Below are positions 18,703-27,310 of a stretch of DNA of 32,463 nt, piece by piece. The stretch is from the NCBI GenBank assembly GCA_002778965.1, contig PEXX01000050.1:1-32463 (forward strand), given 5' to 3'. The position numbers were made by a program, and so were the translations under genes. Below the pieces are notes generated by a model. That model did no database searches. It saw only the letters and a program-made list of their open reading frames with translations, and had not been told where the DNA came from. Source of the stretch: Candidatus Kuenenbacteria bacterium CG08_land_8_20_14_0_20_37_23. Lineage in GTDB: Bacteria > Patescibacteriota > Patescibacteriia > UBA2196 > GWA2-42-15. Position 1 is the first letter of the stretch; every line of letters starts with the position of its first letter.

Positions 18703-19059
18703 ATGCCGTCAATTATAAATATATTAAAGAAGGAAATAATTATTTATTGCCCGCTTTGCAATGGGAGTTACAGTCCTAGAGACATTGCCACCATTGAACA
18801 GACAGGCAACGTCGCGCTGATTCACAGTAAGTGCCCAAAATGCGCTGGTTCTGTTTTATCTCTTTTATACAAGGATTTGTTGGGTATTACTCTTCTTGGA
18901 ATGGCGACTGATATGGACTTTAATGATGCGCTAAGATTGAAAGATGCTGACTATATCAACGAAGATGATGTTTTGGAAATTTATCAAATGTTAAATCCAG
19001 TTGATTTAAATAACAGGGCAGAATCAATAAAACCAATTGGACAGAGTTGGAATTTATAA
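18703..19059 (+). CDS. Small zinc-ribbon hypothetical protein
   Basis: CPLC...CPKC pair and C-terminal INEDDVLEI helix. Confidence 0.65.
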   Translation: MPSIINILKKEIIIYCPLCNGSYSPRDIATIEQTGNVALIHSKCPKCAGSVLSLLYKDLLGITLLGMATDMDFNDALRLKDADYINEDDVLEIYQMLNPVDLNNRAESIKPIGQSWNL

Positions 19060-19079
19060 ACAATACCGCGATTATATAT

Positions 19080-19769
19080 ATGTCAAATATCAAATTACAG
19101 GCGCGATTAAGAAATAGAGTAGGCAAAAAGGGCAGGGCATTTTTGGATTTTAAAAATATTCCAGCTGTCATTTACGGGCCTAAATCAAAAAATAGGAATT
19201 TAGAAATTGGGCGCGCGGAGTTTAATAGGGCATTGGAAATCTCCGGGCAGTCAAGTCTGGTTGATGTGTATATTGGCGAAGAAAATCCGGTCAAGGCGAT
19301 TATCAATGATGTAGCCAGGGATCCTTTGAGCGGCAATGTCATTCACGCGGATTTTTATGAGTTAGATATGAATAAAAAGTTGAAAATTGACGTGGAACTC
19401 AATTTTATTGGTGAATCTCCGGCTGTTAAGGAGAAAGGGGCTGAACTTATAAAAAATTTGGACAGGATTGAAGTGGAGTGTTTGCCAAAAGATCTAGTTC
19501 CTGAAATTGACGTTGATATTTCGTCGCTGCAAGAGATTGGCGATCATATTTTTACCAAAGATATTATTTTGCCGACAGGTCTTGAGTTTGTTACACATCC
19601 TGGGTTGGCGGTAGCCAGCGTTGAGGAGATTAAAGAAGAAATTATTATGGAGCCTCAAGCGGCAGTTGCCGGGCAGACAAGCGAAGATAAGAAAAAGGAT
19701 GAAGATGGCGATGGCGTGGAACAAAACAAAGTCAAAACAGATGAAGATAAAAATAAAGGAAAAGAATAA
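19080..19769 (+). CDS. rplY: 50S ribosomal protein bL25 (Ctc/TL5 long form)
   Basis: IPAVIYG, IHADFY, GESPAVKEKG, IEVECLP.D.V..IDVDIS; acidic/lysine-rich tail. Confidence 0.93.
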   Translation: MSNIKLQARLRNRVGKKGRAFLDFKNIPAVIYGPKSKNRNLEIGRAEFNRALEISGQSSLVDVYIGEENPVKAIINDVARDPLSGNVIHADFYELDMNKKLKIDVELNFIGESPAVKEKGAELIKNLDRIEVECLPKDLVPEIDVDISSLQEIGDHIFTKDIILPTGLEFVTHPGLAVASVEEIKEEIIMEPQAAVAGQTSEDKKKDEDGDGVEQNKVKTDEDKNKGKE

Positions 19770-19772
19770 TAC

Positions 19773-19892
19773 AGGACTTTCGTGTTTGGATGCGGTTTGG
19801 GGCAGAACCAAGTAATGAGCGAGCTGTATTGCTAACACGGCGAGCGAAAGACGCGGATTTTAACGGAAAAATGCGCCAAACGCGAAAGTCCT
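19773..19892 (+). repeat. 120-nt intergenic element with 17-bp terminal inverted repeats
   Basis: AGGACTTTCGTGTTTGG (19773-19789) / CCAAACGCGAAAGTCCT (19876-19892), one G-U pair; internal hairpin flanked by GAGCGA. Confidence 0.6.
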
Positions 19893-20015
19893 AAAAGAAT
19901 AAATGCGAAGATGAATTGAGATGATTGCAAATATGAATCATTAACGAGTAACGGCGGCGTAGAGATATGCCGTTTTGCTGTATTGATAATGATAATATTT
20001 GTAAATTTTATTTAT

Positions 20016-21104
20016 ATGAAACTTGAGTTTAAATACGCCGTAAAATTTAATTTTTATATTTTGTTTGTTGTATTTTTAGCGATTGAAGCGTTACTTACGC
20101 GTAATTTATTTTTTTTATTGGAAGAAAATGGCATGTCGAAAAATGATATGAAGATTATTGTAAGTGAAGAAAATACAGAGGTAGATATTGCGATTAGAAG
20201 AATTGACGGGACACCAGCGAAGATCGGCAATGATAATTTATTTCCGGTAGCGGTGATTATAGATAATTATCAAGATGCGCGTCCTAACTACGGCCTGTCG
20301 CGGGCCAGTCTGGTATATGAAACCTATGTTGAGAATGGGACTACAAGATTTTTAGCATTATATACTCCTGGCACAGATAATGAAAATAAAACAGAAAAAA
20401 TAGGCCCGGTGCGTTCCGCAAGGCCATATTTTTTGGAAATAGCCAAAGAATATGATGCTTTACTGGCTCACTCAGGAGGATCTTCTGAAGCGCTTGAGAA
20501 AATTAAAGAATGGCGAGTGCATGATCTTGAGGAAATTGCTTGGTGGGGTCCGGATTATTTTTGGCGAGTTTATTCACGCGTATCTCCACATAATTTATTT
20601 ACGTCGGAAGAGAAATTAAGACAGGCCGTAACTGACTTTGAACTGGCAGACAATACGCCTGATTATATGGCATGGAGATTCGGAGAAGGAATAAAAAATA
20701 ATTACGTTGGAGATGCGCATGATATATATATTGATTTTTCTTTGGGTACGGATTTTGACGCTAAGTACGTATATGGCGCGTCAACCGGAAAATATCTGCG
20801 TTTTCAGGGGAACGAGAAACACATTGACGCGTTGAACGGCCAACAGATAGTTGCGGATAATATTGTTGTTCAGTTTGTGCCAAAAGAAAAGATATTGGAT
20901 GCCAATGGACGAATTTCTCTCAGTCTGCATGGGATTGGGAAAGCATTGGTTTTTCGCGATGGAAAAAAGATTGAAGCCAATTGGGCAAGAGGAGAAGGTG
21001 CGAAGTCCAGAACTGTGTTTTATGGAAAAGAAGAAATTGTTTTTAAACAGGGGAATATTTGGATAGCGATAGTACCAGATGACCGGGATGTTGCGGTGGA
21101 TTAG
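20016..21104 (+). CDS. DUF3048 domain protein (YerB-like)
   Basis: PVAVIIDN..DARP..GLSRA..VYE..VENG.TRFLAL, IGPVRSARPYF, H.GGS, PHNLF; N-terminal TM. Confidence 0.85.
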   Translation: MKLEFKYAVKFNFYILFVVFLAIEALLTRNLFFLLEENGMSKNDMKIIVSEENTEVDIAIRRIDGTPAKIGNDNLFPVAVIIDNYQDARPNYGLSRASLVYETYVENGTTRFLALYTPGTDNENKTEKIGPVRSARPYFLEIAKEYDALLAHSGGSSEALEKIKEWRVHDLEEIAWWGPDYFWRVYSRVSPHNLFTSEEKLRQAVTDFELADNTPDYMAWRFGEGIKNNYVGDAHDIYIDFSLGTDFDAKYVYGASTGKYLRFQGNEKHIDALNGQQIVADNIVVQFVPKEKILDANGRISLSLHGIGKALVFRDGKKIEANWARGEGAKSRTVFYGKEEIVFKQGNIWIAIVPDDRDVAVD

Positions 21105-22162
21105 AATTGTATATTTGACACTACTAATCTATTTCGCCCAGCTAGGTCTTTTTTTATCTCCGTAATCGCGCGCGGCAGGTATTTTTTTATTAATTTTGTT
21201 ATTGCCTTGGTTTGCTGCGGATCAATTTCAAAAAAAATTGAAAGTTGGAAATTGAAAGTTGAAAATTTTTTAATTTGTTTTATCAATTTTTCGTATAATG
21301 CCAGTCCATTTTTTTTAGCCAAGAGCGCTCTTTTCGGTTCAAACTTCAAAATGGCATGATTTTCCCGATATATTTTCTGCGATAGATATGGGAGATTGGC
21401 TGTGAGGATGATGTTCCAATTGTTCCATTCTCCCATTGTTTCATTGTTAAATTGTTTTATAATAGGCTCCAACAGATTGCCGCGGAAAAATTTAATTCTA
21501 TTATTTAAGCCATGTGAGACCGCGTTTTTTTGAGCGACACGAAGAGCTAATACGGAAATATCAAAGGCGTAACAGTCGGTAATTGGTGATTGTTGATTAG
21601 ATTTAAGATTTTTGATGATCGCGATTGGAATGCATCCTGAGCCTGTTCCAGCGTCAATTAAGATTAGTTTAAAGTTAGAAAGTTTTAAAGCGGAAAGTTT
21701 TTTTATTTGTTCAATAACACTTTCAACCATCAATTCCGTCTCCGGTCGTGGGATTAAAACATTTTTATTGACTAAAAAATCCAAGCCGTAAAATTCTTTA
21801 TGATGAGTGATATAGGCGATGGGTTCGCCTTTGGCGTGGCGATATATGTAATTTTTAAATATTTTTACTCGCGCTGGAGTTAATTCGTATTCTGGATGGC
21901 CATAGAGCCACGCACGATCATCCACCCGATTTTTGTTTGGATCCAGATTCAATTTTTTGGTCATTATGCCAATATTGCGCTTTGGCTCATCCGCACGTGG
22001 ATGTGGAGACATCCGTAAGGCATGCGCCAATAAAATTTCCGCGTCAAAAATTATGTCATTTTTACGCTTATCGCGTTCTGTTTTTTTATTTGTGCAGCTT
22101 AATTTTTTTATCGCCGAATCTAGAGCCAATTTAATATTGATTTTGCTTTTATTTGCCTTCAT
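21101..22162 (-). CDS. prmC: Release factor glutamine methyltransferase PrmC/HemK with in-frame insertions
   Basis: DAEILLAH, GEPIAYI, VLIPRPETE, DAGTGSGCI, ANLPY, EPKRAL, KDLAGRNR; downstream of prfA. Confidence 0.93.
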   Translation of the reverse strand: MKANKSKINIKLALDSAIKKLSCTNKKTERDKRKNDIIFDAEILLAHALRMSPHPRADEPKRNIGIMTKKLNLDPNKNRVDDRAWLYGHPEYELTPARVKIFKNYIYRHAKGEPIAYITHHKEFYGLDFLVNKNVLIPRPETELMVESVIEQIKKLSALKLSNFKLILIDAGTGSGCIPIAIIKNLKSNQQSPITDCYAFDISVLALRVAQKNAVSHGLNNRIKFFRGNLLEPIIKQFNNETMGEWNNWNIILTANLPYLSQKIYRENHAILKFEPKRALLAKKNGLALYEKLIKQIKKFSTFNFQLSIFFEIDPQQTKAITKLIKKYLPRAITEIKKDLAGRNRLVVSNIQF

Positions 22163-22320
22163 GATGTTATTATAAAGATTCAAGCAAACATTGCCAGCTT
22201 TAATTATTCAATACGGGCTATGCGGATAAAATTTTCGGTCTTTGGCAAGTGGTGTTTTATAATAAAAAAAGTGTTATATTAGGTTATCAGCCATTTATTA
22301 ATTATAGGATTTTGAAATAA

Positions 22321-23382
22321 TCAGTTAGAATTTTGTTGATCTACTTTTTTTAATTCTTCAATAATTTTTTTAATATTTCCATCCAGAATTTGGTCTAATC
22401 CAAACCAGGTTTTTTTGATACGGTGATCTGTCAAGCGATCTTGCGGAAAATTGTAAGTGCGGATTTTTTCCGAGCGGTCTCCGGAGCCGATTTGCGAGTT
22501 GCGCTCCGCTGATATTTTTTTCTTGCGTTCTTCCTCTATAACTGCCAAAATTCTTGATTTGAGAACGCGCATTGCTTTTTCTTTATTCTGCACTTGTGAA
22601 CGTTCATCTTGGCACGAAACAACCGTATTGGTAGGCAAATGCGTGATGCGCACAGCCGAATATGTAGTGTTGACAGATTGTCCGCCATGTCCGCCCGCGC
22701 AAAAAGTATCAATACGCAAATCTTCAGGTTTGATTGTAACATCTACGTCTTCCGCTTCCGGCATTATGGCAATAGTAACGGCTGAAGTGTGGATTCTGCC
22801 GGATTTTTCAGTTGTTGGAATCCTTTGAACGCGATGAGTACCGCTTTCGTATTTTAGCAGGCCATAAGCTCCGTTTCCGTTGACTTCAAAAATAATTTCT
22901 TTAAATCCGCCGATGCCGATTCTATTGGATGAGGCAACATCAATTTTCCATTTATTCATTTCAGCTAGCCTAGAATACATACGGAAAAGATCAGCGGCAA
23001 AAAGAGCCGATTCATTTCCTCCGATGCCTGCGCGTATTTCCATAATAGCTGATTTTTTATCAAGCGGACTTTGTGGATTAAAATATTCATCCAAGTATTC
23101 CTCCAAATTATTTTTATCGTTATCCAGTCCGGAATTTTCTTCCAGCGCCAGACTTTTAAGCTCATCACTTTCTTCAGAGGCGATAATGATATTATTTTCT
23201 CCCATCATCCTTTTTATTTCTTGCAATTTTTTCAACTCATCCAATACTTTTTTGGTTTCGTAAAACTCTTTATTGGCTGAGCTCATTTTTTTAGGATCAT
23301 TTAAAACAGACTGATCCGCCAGGGTCGCCTGAAGCTGTTTTATCTTTTTTTCAAATGTTGGAATTCTATGAAGATAGTCCAT
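22321..23382 (-). CDS. prfA: Peptide chain release factor 1
   Basis: [23 protein letters not shown] (PxT motif), [24 protein letters not shown]. Confidence 0.96.
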   Translation of the reverse strand: MDYLHRIPTFEKKIKQLQATLADQSVLNDPKKMSSANKEFYETKKVLDELKKLQEIKRMMGENNIIIASEESDELKSLALEENSGLDNDKNNLEEYLDEYFNPQSPLDKKSAIMEIRAGIGGNESALFAADLFRMYSRLAEMNKWKIDVASSNRIGIGGFKEIIFEVNGNGAYGLLKYESGTHRVQRIPTTEKSGRIHTSAVTIAIMPEAEDVDVTIKPEDLRIDTFCAGGHGGQSVNTTYSAVRITHLPTNTVVSCQDERSQVQNKEKAMRVLKSRILAVIEEERKKKISAERNSQIGSGDRSEKIRTYNFPQDRLTDHRIKKTWFGLDQILDGNIKKIIEELKKVDQQNSN

Positions 23383-23496
23383 AAGAATTATTTTCCGGCA
23401 TTGGTCTAAGCGCTCCATCAAAAGATATACGCTGTTCGTACTAAAACCAAAAACCTACTATTTCCATTATAGCAGGCTTTGGCAAGCAGATAAATG

Positions 23497-23850
23497 TTAT
23501 TTTTTATCTGATATATTCTTTTCATTCTTTTTTTTTGTCTTGGTTGCTGGTTGGCGATCAATCCTTACTTTTTGCTCTTTGGCTTTTCTTTGCGCTCTTC
23601 TTAGAGTTTGTTTGACTTTTTTTCCTTTTCTCGTTTTTGATTCAATTGCGGTTTTCGCTTTTTTGGCTTCAAATTTTTCAACCCGTCTGGCTGTATCCAC
23701 AAGTTTTTGGGTGCCTGTAAAGAAAGGATGGCAGTTGCTGCATATTTCCACGTGAATATCATCTAGAGTTGAACCAACCTCAAAATGGTTGCCGCATGTG
23801 CAACTTACTTTGGCATTGGTGTTATATTTTGGGTGTATGTCTTTTTTCAT
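23497..23850 (-). CDS. rpmE: 50S ribosomal protein bL31, Zn-binding type, with Lys-rich C-terminal extension
   Basis: [30 protein letters not shown]. Confidence 0.95.
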   Translation of the reverse strand: MKKDIHPKYNTNAKVSCTCGNHFEVGSTLDDIHVEICSNCHPFFTGTQKLVDTARRVEKFEAKKAKTAIESKTRKGKKVKQTLRRAQRKAKEQKVRIDRQPATKTKKKNEKNISDKK

Positions 23851-23963
23851 GGATATTATGTATAATAATATTCTTTTTTGCCAGTTTGATTCTCGTGATG
23901 TACGACCAGCAGGCAAGAATTAAAAATATTGCATTAATTAAACTTTAACATATATTTAAATAT

Positions 23964-23992
23964 TTGACAAGTATAAGAATGCTTGATAATAT
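23964..23992 (+). promoter_or_regulatory. rpsB operon promoter
   Basis: TTGACA (23964-23969), 17 bp ending TGA, TAATAT. Confidence 0.55.
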
Positions 23993-24060
23993 GTTATTGA
24001 TAATTTATCATTTATACAATTTTTATTTTAAATATTTTTTTGTTTTGATTTAATAATTTA

Positions 24061-24120
24061 TTTCTCATACTCTCAAATTTTTCCTGCTCCTTAGAGGAGT
24101 CAGAGAGTAGGGGCTAGAAA
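24061..24120 (+). promoter_or_regulatory. Structured rpsB 5' leader
   Basis: Nested pairings TTTCT/AGAAA, TACTCTC/GAGAGTA and CTCCT/AGGAG just upstream of the ATG. Confidence 0.45.
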
Positions 24121-24129
24121 GGAAAATAT

Positions 24130-24867
24130 ATGAAATTGCCGGAATTAAAGGAAATGATGGAAGCTGGCATGCATTTTGGCCATATGCCGTCAAAATGGAA
24201 TCCAAAAATGAGCAAATATATTTTTGGAGTGCGCAATAATGTGCATATTTTTGATCTTGAGAAAACCATAGAGACTCTGGCAAGAGCTCTTGGCGTTGTC
24301 AAATCTACGGTTGCCAACGGTGGTGTTGTTTTATTTTTGGGCACAAAAAAACAAGCGCGCTGGATTGTAGAAGAGCAGGCGAAAAACGTAGTTATGCCAT
24401 ATATTGTGGAGCATTGGATAGGCGGGACAATTACGAATTTCGTTGAGATCCATAAGCTTGTTAAAAAATTGGAAATTCTTGAAAAACGATCTGCGGATTT
24501 GGATTATGAAAAAAAATATACAAAGTGGGAAAGATCTCAGTTTGCAAAAGAGATTGAAAAGCTGAATAAAAATATTGGCGGGATACGTTATATGAAAAAA
24601 ATCCCTGACTTGGTTTATATAGTTGGCATTAAAGACGAAAAAACAGCGGTAGCAGAAGCTAGGGCCAAGGGCGTGAAAACGGTCGGCATTGTTGATACTA
24701 ATGCTGACCCGGATGACGTTACTTATCCTATCGCCGCGAATGATGATGCCATTAAGTCAATCACAATGATAACTAAATTGGTTGCGCAAGCCGTGGAAGA
24801 AGGCAAAGGCGAAGTAAGCATCGCGAGCGCTGAAAAGCCAATTGAGCAGAAAGAGAAAAATAATTAA
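24130..24867 (+). CDS. rpsB: 30S ribosomal protein uS2
   Basis: EAGMHFGH, WNPKM, FLGTKKQA, WIGGTITNF, VDTNADP, ANDDAIKS. Confidence 0.97.
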   Translation: MKLPELKEMMEAGMHFGHMPSKWNPKMSKYIFGVRNNVHIFDLEKTIETLARALGVVKSTVANGGVVLFLGTKKQARWIVEEQAKNVVMPYIVEHWIGGTITNFVEIHKLVKKLEILEKRSADLDYEKKYTKWERSQFAKEIEKLNKNIGGIRYMKKIPDLVYIVGIKDEKTAVAEARAKGVKTVGIVDTNADPDDVTYPIAANDDAIKSITMITKLVAQAVEEGKGEVSIASAEKPIEQKEKNN

Positions 24868-24945
24868 AAGTAACCGCTCGCGTTACGCAAAGCGTATATT
24901 TAACACGTGTATATTTTGCGCGACATTAATGAGCCATAAAATAAT

Positions 24946-25548
24946 ATGCGAAAAATTGAGATTGGTCAGATTCAAAAATTACGAGAAAAAACATATGCTG
25001 GCGTGATGGACGCTAAAAAAGCGATTGAAGAAGCATGTGGAGATGAAAATAAAGCTATAGAAATTTTACGCAAAAAAGGACAAAAGATTGCCGCTAAAAA
25101 GACATCGGAGAGAATTACTAGAGAAGGATTGGTGGAGGCGTATGTTCATAACAATGGCAAAGTCGGAGCCATGATTATTCTTGCATGCGAAACTGATTTT
25201 GTTGCAAAAAATGAAGAATTCAAAAATTTGTCCCACGAGATTGCCATGCAAGTCGCGGCAATGAGGCCAGAATATATTTCATCTGAAGATGTTCCGAGTG
25301 ATGTTGTTGCCAAGGAAGAGGGTATTTATAGAGAACAGATTACAAAAGATGGCAAACCGGCTCAAATGGCTGATAAGATTATTATAGGCAAGTTGAACAA
25401 ATTTTATGAACAAGTTTGTCTTTTGAATCAACCATATATCAAAGACGAGGACAGAAAGATTAACGATCTCATCATTGAGGCCACGGCTAAATTGGGAGAA
25501 AAGATTGAAGTGAAGAAAATGATTGTGTTTGATTTGTTATCATTATGA
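24946..25548 (+). CDS. tsf: Elongation factor Ts (short form)
   Basis: LREKT.AG.MDAKKA, CETDFVA, IAMQVAA, LLNQPYI. Confidence 0.96.
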   Translation: MRKIEIGQIQKLREKTYAGVMDAKKAIEEACGDENKAIEILRKKGQKIAAKKTSERITREGLVEAYVHNNGKVGAMIILACETDFVAKNEEFKNLSHEIAMQVAAMRPEYISSEDVPSDVVAKEEGIYREQITKDGKPAQMADKIIIGKLNKFYEQVCLLNQPYIKDEDRKINDLIIEATAKLGEKIEVKKMIVFDLLSL

Positions 25549-26243
25549 ACAAAAAAATTCTCATTAAAATATCTGGCGAGCTCTTCAAATCAGACAGAGA
25601 AGCCTTGGACAGTGAAAAAGTATTAGCAGTTGCCGAAGAGATAAAGAAAGCCAAAAGGGACGATTATGATATCGGCATTGTATTTGGAGCTGGCAATATT
25701 TATCGCGGAAGAAATGTTAAAGAGCAAGGCCTTGATATGTCTTTGGCCCACTATACCGGGATGATGGCCACGATTGTTAATGCCTTGGCTTTTAGAAACG
25801 CGTTATCATCCCTTCAAATCAATTGCCGTATTGTTTCGAAGATAGGTTTTCCGGATGTTTTTGGCTCAAGTAATCCTCTTGATATACAGAAGTATTTTCA
25901 GCTAGGCGAAGTATTAATTTTTGCGGGTGGAACAGGCAATCCTTATGTTACGACTGACACCTGTGCGGTTGTGCGCGCTCTTGAGATGAGGGCCGATTTC
26001 ATTTTGAAGGGCACTGGCGTAAGAGGCGTTTATGATGCGGATCCGCGCAAGAATCCAGTAGCTGTAAAATTTAAAGAGATGGACTACGCGACTTTTTTGT
26101 CGATGAAGGAATCAACTATATTTGACAAAACAGCCATGGTTATGGCATATGAAAATAGATTGCCGATTTATATTTTTAAATGGGATAAGGGGAGCCTTAG
26201 GAAAGCGATAAAATTGAAGGCAGGCGGAACACTAATAAAATAG
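25545..26243 (+). CDS. pyrH: Uridylate kinase
   Basis: LIKISGE, GAGNIYRG, GMMAT, GGTGNPYVTTDT, GVYDADP; follows tsf. Confidence 0.9.
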   Translation: MNKKILIKISGELFKSDREALDSEKVLAVAEEIKKAKRDDYDIGIVFGAGNIYRGRNVKEQGLDMSLAHYTGMMATIVNALAFRNALSSLQINCRIVSKIGFPDVFGSSNPLDIQKYFQLGEVLIFAGGTGNPYVTTDTCAVVRALEMRADFILKGTGVRGVYDADPRKNPVAVKFKEMDYATFLSMKESTIFDKTAMVMAYENRLPIYIFKWDKGSLRKAIKLKAGGTLIK

Positions 26244-26284
26244 TAAATATTAAGCTTTGCATGATAAGTTAATTTAAAAAATTT

Positions 26285-27283
26285 ATGAATGAAAAAAGAG
26301 TGGCGATTAATGGTTTTGGCCGTATCGGCAGAGCCGCGTTCAAAATAGCTTTGGAAAAGAAAAATATTGAGATCGCTGCCATAAATGATCTTACTGACAA
26401 CGAGATTTTGGCGCATCTGTTGAAATATGACACGGTTTATGGCACTTATGATAAAAAAGTGAATGTGGATAAAAGTAATTTATATGTTAACAATAAAAAA
26501 GTTCCAGTGTATAACATAGCTGATCCGAAGAAATTACCATGGAAAAAAATGGCGATAGACGTTGTCCTTGAGTGCACTGGCAGATTTGTTAAAGACGGCG
26601 CCGCTGAAAGCCATATTAAAGCCGGGGCCAAAAGAGTGATAGTTTCAGCTCCGGCAGAGGGGGAAGGCAATATTACGACTTGTTTATTGGGAGTCAACGA
26701 TGATGCCATTAATGACACAAAAGTTATTTCTAACGCGTCATGCACGACAAACTCCATCGCGCCAATAACTGCGGTGATTGATGAAAATTTTAAAGTTTTA
26801 AAAGCTGTATTGACAACGATCCATTCATATACAGCTGATCAGAATATTGTTGACGGCCCGCACAGGGATTTGCGCAGGGCTCGCGCCGCAGGGCAAAATA
26901 TAGTGCCGACGACAACTGGCGCGGCTATAGCTATAACTAAGATTTTACCACATTTAGAAGGCAAGTTTGACGGTATCGCGGTGCGGGTGCCGACAATTTG
27001 CGGATCATTGTCCGACTTGACTTATGTTGTTGAAAAGTCAGTTACGGTTGGGAAGGTGAACGCGGTTTTAAAACGCGCCAGCGAAAAAATATATTTAAAA
27101 GGAATTTTGGGTTATACCGAAGAGCCGTTGGTTTCAAGCGATATTTTAAAAACAAGTTATTCGGCAATTATTGACGCTGGGATGACAAGGGTGGTTGACG
27201 GCACTCTTATCAAAATACTTGCTTGGTATGATAATGAATGGGGTTACGCCAACCGCCTGGTGGAAATGGCTGGGCGAATTTAG
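26285..27283 (+). CDS. gap: Glyceraldehyde-3-phosphate dehydrogenase type I
   Basis: INGFGRIGR, SNASCTTN, PTTTGAA, WYDNEWGY. Confidence 0.97.
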   Translation: MNEKRVAINGFGRIGRAAFKIALEKKNIEIAAINDLTDNEILAHLLKYDTVYGTYDKKVNVDKSNLYVNNKKVPVYNIADPKKLPWKKMAIDVVLECTGRFVKDGAAESHIKAGAKRVIVSAPAEGEGNITTCLLGVNDDAINDTKVISNASCTTNSIAPITAVIDENFKVLKAVLTTIHSYTADQNIVDGPHRDLRRARAAGQNIVPTTTGAAIAITKILPHLEGKFDGIAVRVPTICGSLSDLTYVVEKSVTVGKVNAVLKRASEKIYLKGILGYTEEPLVSSDILKTSYSAIIDAGMTRVVDGTLIKILAWYDNEWGYANRLVEMAGRI

Positions 27284-27310
27284 GATTTTTGATTTTTTTG
27301 TTAAGATTAT

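Noticed and set aside
21385-21400. NLPY instead of NPPY in PrmC as inactivation
   Set aside because: NLPY is a common natural variant in this family; the SAM-binding motif is intact
22184-22320. Weak inverted repeat (TTGCCA/TGGCAA) between prfA and prmC
   Set aside because: Too short and imperfect to distinguish from chance
9653-23280. Many 60-165-aa antisense or alternate-frame ORFs (for example 9653-10117, 11164-11661, 22457-22828, 22880-23263)
   Set aside because: Shadows of well-supported genes, with no independent motifs
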